DNA from: Parcubacteria group bacterium Greene0416_36
GTDB taxonomy: Bacteria; Patescibacteriota; Patescibacteriia; VMEV01
Direction: 5' to 3'
Length of the DNA stretch: 64,000 nucleotides
Assembly: GCA_007375725.1 (NCBI GenBank)
Contig: VMEV01000002.1
Location: 45,992 to 109,991, forward strand
How positions within the stretch are numbered: position 1 is the stretch's first letter; the number at the start of each line of letters is the position of its first letter. Below the pieces are notes generated by a model. The model was given only the letters and a program-made list of their open reading frames with translations. It had not been told where the DNA came from and searched no databases. The position numbers and the translations under genes are program-made. This document shows positions 59,017-64,000 of this stretch, in pieces.

Positions 59017-59931
59017 ATGGGACTCGCTCAATTACAAAAAATAAAACGAATGAAAGTCGTGGAGCCTATTGTATTGGATGCTTCTCTTCTAAAGAAAGTG
59101 TCAAGGGCTTATGGCGAAGATCGTTTGCCCGATATAAAAAAGCGCGTGGAAGAATTGGATTATTATCGTATCCGTTATCAATCCGGTAAATATGAAGTCG
59201 AAGGATTTGTCATTGAGCCGAAGATGGGAGAAAATTTGCCCTGTCTTATTGTTAATCGCGGGGGATCGGGGGATTTTGGAAAGTGGGAAATGGAGAGATT
59301 ATTTGGTTTTCTGTCGAGGTTTGCCTCATGGGGTTACATTGTAATCGCTTCCCAGTATCGTGGATGCGGAGGGAGCGAGGGCAAAGATGAATTTGGGGGA
59401 TCGGATATTGAGGATGTTGTGAATTTGTATAAAATTCTCAAGGATTATCCGAGAGCTGATACGGAGAAGATCGGTATGTATGGAGCGAGCCGTGGCGGAA
59501 TGATGACCTATTTGATGCTTGCAAAAGTTCGCTGGTTGCGGGCTGCTGTTTCCGTTGCGGGGCTGGCGAATAAATTCCGGCAGCAAGAATTGCGTCCGGA
59601 TATGAAAGAGCATCAAGCTTTATTTTTCAACCCCACAAAAGCTGAATTAACAAGAAGATCTGCGGTATTTTGGGCGGATCAATTCGCAAAAAAAACGCCA
59701 TTGCTCATGATTCATGGGACGGCGGATTGGCGCGTGTCAGTTTTGGATTCTATTGAATTGGCTCAAGAATTGTATGAAAATAAAATTCCGTTTCGTCTGA
59801 ATGTGTTGGAAGGAGGAGATCATGGTTTGACGGAACATGATGCCGAAAAAATGAGGCAAATCCATGACTGGTTTGACCGTTTCGTCAAAAAAGGAGAAAA
59901 ATTACCGAATTTGAAATATCATGGGAAATGA
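59017..59931 (+). CDS. Prolyl oligopeptidase (S9) family serine peptidase
   Basis: NRGG, QYRG, GASRGG, HGTADWRV and GGDH; start uncertain. Confidence 0.88.
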   Translation: MGLAQLQKIKRMKVVEPIVLDASLLKKVSRAYGEDRLPDIKKRVEELDYYRIRYQSGKYEVEGFVIEPKMGENLPCLIVNRGGSGDFGKWEMERLFGFLSRFASWGYIVIASQYRGCGGSEGKDEFGGSDIEDVVNLYKILKDYPRADTEKIGMYGASRGGMMTYLMLAKVRWLRAAVSVAGLANKFRQQELRPDMKEHQALFFNPTKAELTRRSAVFWADQFAKKTPLLMIHGTADWRVSVLDSIELAQELYENKIPFRLNVLEGGDHGLTEHDAEKMRQIHDWFDRFVKKGEKLPNLKYHGK

Positions 59932-59950
59932 TGATTTTGTTTTAAACGTC

Positions 59951-59996
59951 GACCATTGAGTAGGGACGTTGGATGCAACGTCCCTACTCAATGGTC
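59951..59996. repeat. REP-like palindrome with symmetric flanks
   Basis: GACCATTGA-GTAGGGACGTTG...CAACGTCCCTAC-TCAATGGTC. Confidence 0.8.
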
Positions 59997-60136
59997 TGAC
60001 ATTGACTCATCACCCTTTCTTTTATAGACTAAAACAATTATTAAATTTGGATTTTTGAGATTCTGTTGTTTCTAGATCCTGAATCCTTCCGCCAAAGGCG
60101 GATCCGCCTTTGGCGGAAAATCCTGAATCCTAATCT

Positions 60137-61903
60137 ATGTTTCGTACCAATACCTGCGGAGAACTCACTTCTTCGTTTGTCGGGAAAAAGGTCATGCTTT
60201 CGGGTTGGGTGCAGACTCGGCGCGATTTGGGGGGATTTATTTTCATTGATTTACGCGATCGTTTTGGTGTCACTCAAATCACTTTTTCCAAAGACGAGAA
60301 TCAGGCTCTCTGGGAGTCGGTGGATAAGCTTCGCTCGGAGTATGTGATTCGCGTGGAAGGCTCGGTGGTAGCTCGAGAAAAAAATAATATCAATTCTAAG
60401 TTAGCAACAGGAGAAATTGAACTCAAAGCTCGAGTCTTAGAAGTTCTCAATCCTTCCGAGCCTTTGCCTTTTGATTTATTTGGTCCGGATGCGGACAGCG
60501 TGAACGAGGAATTACGTTTGAAATATCGATTTTTGGATTTACGCCGGCCCCGCCTGCGAGACAATATTTTGTTCCGCGCGAAAATGATCCGCTATATCCG
60601 CAATTGGATGGAGAATACCGGTTATACCGAGTTTCAAACTCCGATTTTGACGGTCTCGTCACCTGAAGGATCGCGCGATTATTTGGTTCCGTCCCGACTT
60701 CACCCCGGGAATTTTTACGCGCTTCCTCAGGCGCCCCAGCAATTCAAGCAGCTCCTCATGATTTCGGGATTCGACAAGTATTTTCAGATCGCTCCGTGTT
60801 TCCGCGATGAAGACGCCCGTGCTGACCGCGCGCCCGGTGAATTCTATCAGCTCGACGTAGAATGCAGTTTCAAGACCCGCGATGAATTTTTGTCGGAGAT
60901 GGAGCCGCTATTCATTGATTTGACCGAGCAATTGACGGATAAAAAAGTATGGAAAAAGCCTTTTCCCCGCATTCCTTACAAACAGGCTCTGGATCTCTAT
61001 GGTTCGGATAAGCCGGATTTGCGCTATGGTTTGGAGTTCCACAATCTGACTGATTGGGCCAAGAAAAGCGCGGTCAAGATTTTCCACGGCGCGGATCATA
61101 CCAAGGGTATTTGTGTCTCCGGCGGAGCGGAATTTTCCAGAAAGGAAATTGAGGAAGAATTTGAAAAGACGGCCCAGGATAATGGCGCGGCGGGTCTGGT
61201 CTGGCTTAAGGTGAGGGATAGTGGACTTGAAGGATCGATTGCGAAATTGCTCACACCGGAGGATCAAGCTTATTTGATTCGTGAATTCGGGGCTAAAAAA
61301 GGCGATATTATCTTTATCATTTCAGCGGAATATTCGATTCTCTGCCGCTCCTTGGGACGCGTGCGCAACTTGGCGGCGGCCAAGAAGGGCCTCGCGGATC
61401 CCAAACTTATTGCTTGGGCATGGGTCGTCGATTTCCCCATGTATGAATACAATGATGAATTAAAAAAGATTGATTTTGTTCATAATCCCTTCTGCATGCC
61501 TCAAGGCGGCATGAAGGCTCTCTCGGAAATGGATCCGATCTCGATTTTGGCCGATCAGTATGACGTGGTGGCCAACGGCCTCGAGATCTGTTCGGGTTCA
61601 GTGCGCAACAATCGGCCGGATATTATGTATAAGGCCTTTAGTATCGCTGGGTACACGAAAGAAGAGGTGGACGCGAAGTTTGGCCACATGATCCGCGCCT
61701 TTTCTCTGGGCGCGCCTCCGCACTGCGGGTTTGCTCCTGGCATCGACCGTCTGGTGATGCTTTTCTCCGGCGAGAAAAATATCCGCGAGATCATTCCTTT
61801 TCCCAAGAATCAGGCCTGCCAGGATTTGATGATGAACGCGCCTGGGGAAGTGCGGCCGGAACAGCTGAGGGAATTGAAGATTAAGGTGGATTTGAAGATG
61901 TAA
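60137..61903 (+). CDS. aspS: Aspartate--tRNA ligase
   Basis: RDLGG..FIDLRD, LKYRFLDLRR, PEGSRDY, QIAPCFRDED, YGSDKPDLR and GAPPH. Confidence 0.97.
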   Translation: MFRTNTCGELTSSFVGKKVMLSGWVQTRRDLGGFIFIDLRDRFGVTQITFSKDENQALWESVDKLRSEYVIRVEGSVVAREKNNINSKLATGEIELKARVLEVLNPSEPLPFDLFGPDADSVNEELRLKYRFLDLRRPRLRDNILFRAKMIRYIRNWMENTGYTEFQTPILTVSSPEGSRDYLVPSRLHPGNFYALPQAPQQFKQLLMISGFDKYFQIAPCFRDEDARADRAPGEFYQLDVECSFKTRDEFLSEMEPLFIDLTEQLTDKKVWKKPFPRIPYKQALDLYGSDKPDLRYGLEFHNLTDWAKKSAVKIFHGADHTKGICVSGGAEFSRKEIEEEFEKTAQDNGAAGLVWLKVRDSGLEGSIAKLLTPEDQAYLIREFGAKKGDIIFIISAEYSILCRSLGRVRNLAAAKKGLADPKLIAWAWVVDFPMYEYNDELKKIDFVHNPFCMPQGGMKALSEMDPISILADQYDVVANGLEICSGSVRNNRPDIMYKAFSIAGYTKEEVDAKFGHMIRAFSLGAPPHCGFAPGIDRLVMLFSGEKNIREIIPFPKNQACQDLMMNAPGEVRPEQLRELKIKVDLKM

Positions 61904-61915
61904 GACATGTAAGGC

Positions 61916-61964
61916 AAAAAACTGTAAGGGCTCCGATGTTACATCGGAGCCCTTACAGTTTTTT
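61916..61964 (+). terminator. REP-like palindrome / terminator after aspS
   Basis: GTAAGGGCTCCGATG-tta-CATCGGAGCCCTTAC with A/T tracts; related to 9666-9698. Confidence 0.75.
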
Positions 61965-62070
61965 TAGGCACTGACATATCAGTTTGGTTAAAATCGAAAA
62001 AAAATTTAAAATAAAGATGGAGGGCTATTTTGAGCCGAAGGTTCATCCGCCTATGGCGGGTTTCTTCTTT

Positions 62071-63042
62071 ATGTTTATGATAACCGGACTATTAGATTTT
62101 TTATTGGGAGGTCAGATGGTGGGGATCCTTTTAGGCCAGGAGCCGAAAACCAAAACAATACGATGGGAGCCCGTGCGTTATTTCGTGGATCCGTACCTTT
62201 TTTCTTCGTCTCTTCCGGCGAGTCCCGACCGTCCTCGGCCCATTCCGCCCATACGGAAAGATTTTTCCAATATGGGGGTGGATATTACGGGACGATCAGC
62301 GATCGTGATGGACCAGAAAACCAAGGCAGTGCTCTTTGCCAAAGACGCGGATACTCCGATGCCTATCGCTTCTATTACAAAATTGGTTTCTTTATTAGTG
62401 GTTCTGGATGCTAATCCCAATTTGTCGGGGCAGGCATTTTTGGATCGGAAAGACTATTTGCAGGAAGGCATCCGTGTGGTATTCCCCAATGAAACCTATT
62501 TGATCAAAGATCTTTTTTTTGCAGCCTTGGTGGGATCGGACAATAATGCCATCGCGCTTCTGGCTCGTTCGACGAACTTATCCAAAGAAGAATTTGCGGC
62601 TCAAATGAATGCTATGGCCGCCACAATTGGAATGAAGGGGGCCTTGTTTGTGGAACCGACCGGGCTTGATCCTCTGAATATAGCTTCCGCGCAGGGTGTG
62701 GCACTGCTTTTGGATTACGCATCGGAGAAGCCGTACATGAGTACAGGGAGCCGCATGACTCAATATGTTTTCACTCCGGTAGGCTCGGCGGTCCGCCGCG
62801 CGGCCAATAGCACGGATAAGCTTTTGGGTACTTATTTGTCCCGAAGTCCCTACTCGGTGAATCTTTCAAAAACCGGATATATTGAAGAGGCTCTTTATTG
62901 TTTTTCTTTGCTGGTGTCCAATACCGAGAAAAAGGCATCCTTGGTTGGAGTGGTTCTGGGGTCGCAAGGCGCGCGGGAACGTTTTGACGAAGTGGAGGAT
63001 TTAGTCGCGTGGAGTTTAGATAATTATATTTGGTATGAGTAA
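62071..63042 (+). CDS. D-alanyl-D-alanine carboxypeptidase/endopeptidase (peptidase S11)
   Basis: ASITK (SxxK), SDN and KTG motifs. Confidence 0.9.
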   Translation: MFMITGLLDFLLGGQMVGILLGQEPKTKTIRWEPVRYFVDPYLFSSSLPASPDRPRPIPPIRKDFSNMGVDITGRSAIVMDQKTKAVLFAKDADTPMPIASITKLVSLLVVLDANPNLSGQAFLDRKDYLQEGIRVVFPNETYLIKDLFFAALVGSDNNAIALLARSTNLSKEEFAAQMNAMAATIGMKGALFVEPTGLDPLNIASAQGVALLLDYASEKPYMSTGSRMTQYVFTPVGSAVRRAANSTDKLLGTYLSRSPYSVNLSKTGYIEEALYCFSLLVSNTEKKASLVGVVLGSQGARERFDEVEDLVAWSLDNYIWYE

Positions 63043-63811
63043 TGCTTCGCTCGAAGTCAAGAAAATCATAGTGGGGAATTGGAAATCGTATTTGAATTTT
63101 TGCCAGAGCGTAGAACTCGCTTTTGATTTGGAAAAAAAGATCAATTTCTTGGAGCCTGCGGTTCGCGTGATTATTTGTCCCTCCTCCATTGCTCTTTCTT
63201 CGATTCGCCCCATGCTTCGGGATATATTTTTGGGTGCGCAGGATGTCTCGGCATATCCGGTTGGGGCTTATACCGGAGAAATAACGGCCGAGAATCTTTT
63301 TTCTTTGGGCTGCTCTTATGTTATTATCGGCCATAGCGAGCGGCGGAAATTTGTGGGAGAGTCAGATAATTTGGCCAATAGAAAAGTGCTCTCGGCTTTG
63401 GCCAATAATTTGGTGCCGATTTTGTGCGTGGGCGAAACAGCCTCTCGGCGAGAAGAGGGGAAATTGGAACAGGTGATCCGAGTCCAGTTGGAAAAAGGTT
63501 TGGCAAGCGTAAAATTAGACAATACCCATTTACTCATTGCTTATGAGCCGATATGGGCGATAGGCACGGGGCGCGCGTGTTCCCCGGAGGACGCAAAGGA
63601 GGTTGCGCGGTTTGTGCGGCAGTGGCTGGGGGAGCGTTTTGGCGAAGGATCTTCCAGCGTAGGAATTCTCTATGGTGGATCAGTGAATCCGGAGAATGTG
63701 CTTTCGTATACGCAATTAAAAGAGGTTGACGGGGTTTTGGCGGGGGGGGCTTCCGTGAAGCTTTTAGATTTTTATAAAATCGTCGAAAAAATCAGTATTA
63801 GCCTGTTATAG
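63035..63811 (+). CDS. tpiA: Triosephosphate isomerase
   Basis: GNWK, GAYTGE, GHSERR, AYEPIWAIGTG and YGGSV. Confidence 0.97.
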   Translation: MSNASLEVKKIIVGNWKSYLNFCQSVELAFDLEKKINFLEPAVRVIICPSSIALSSIRPMLRDIFLGAQDVSAYPVGAYTGEITAENLFSLGCSYVIIGHSERRKFVGESDNLANRKVLSALANNLVPILCVGETASRREEGKLEQVIRVQLEKGLASVKLDNTHLLIAYEPIWAIGTGRACSPEDAKEVARFVRQWLGERFGEGSSSVGILYGGSVNPENVLSYTQLKEVDGVLAGGASVKLLDFYKIVEKISISLL

Positions 63812-63814
63812 TTT

Positions 63815-64000
63815 ATGTATGATTTGATTCCATTTTTAGTGATAGGAGGGGCGGTGGCGGGCATTATTTTTATTTTGAGCCGAAGGTGGAATGATATTGT
63901 GTCGTTTAGTCCGAAAGATGAGGAATCTTCGGGGGATAAAGCAATCAAAAAACAGTTGGTGGAGCGGAGAATGGACCGCATCATTAAAGAGAAAAAAGAA
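63815..64000 (+). CDS. Membrane-anchored protein, 3'-truncated by the window edge
   Basis: MYDLIPFLVIGGAVAGIIFILSRRW..., open to the end of the window. Confidence 0.6.
   Translation, partial: MYDLIPFLVIGGAVAGIIFILSRRWNDIVSFSPKDEESSGDKAIKKQLVERRMDRIIKEKKE

Noticed and set aside
1-64000. CRISPR array or cas genes
   Set aside because: Repeats are dispersed palindromes or two to three copies with gene-sized spacing; no regular repeat-spacer array or Cas motif seen.
1-64000. UGA recoding (genetic code 25)
   Set aside because: Core genes are intact in code 11 and TGA terminates genes such as ruvA and rodA.
1-64000. Diversity-generating retroelement, retron or group II intron
   Set aside because: No reverse transcriptase motif and no adenine-specific TR/VR pair noticed; a self-alignment would be needed to exclude a remote target.

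Overview
Bacterial chromosomal fragment in genetic code 11, most consistent with a Patescibacteria/CPR (Parcubacteria/ABY1-like) genome. Support for that: SD-less AT-rich leaders on core genes, CPR-type secreted fibre, pilin and Cys-rich proteins, and sparse metabolism. The housekeeping backbone is pnp, ssb, pyk, rnj, tRNA-Leu(CAG), secG, folD, glyA, ileS, ruvA, rodA, rplY, aspS and tpiA. Four accessory signals stand out. (1) A ~13 kb 'make-and-sense' locus (11.3-24.4 kb) with a nitroreductase, an unusual amino-acid-dehydrogenase/adenylate-forming-ligase fusion, a Rv1355c/OxzB-like ThiF enzyme, an alpha/beta hydrolase, a GNAT-like protein, two 7TM histidine kinases and two one-component regulators. 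(2) A RAYT-type HUH transposase with a dozen or more GTA(G/A)-type palindromes, preceded by tandem cassettes in which different orphan genes sit in the same promoter/palindrome frame. (3) An unannotated type I toxin-antitoxin-like module after ileS. (4) Several palindromic mini-element families that also insert in-frame into proteins (IleRS, a glycosyltransferase, a protease, the RAYT itself). All family calls come from motif recognition by eye; no database search was run.
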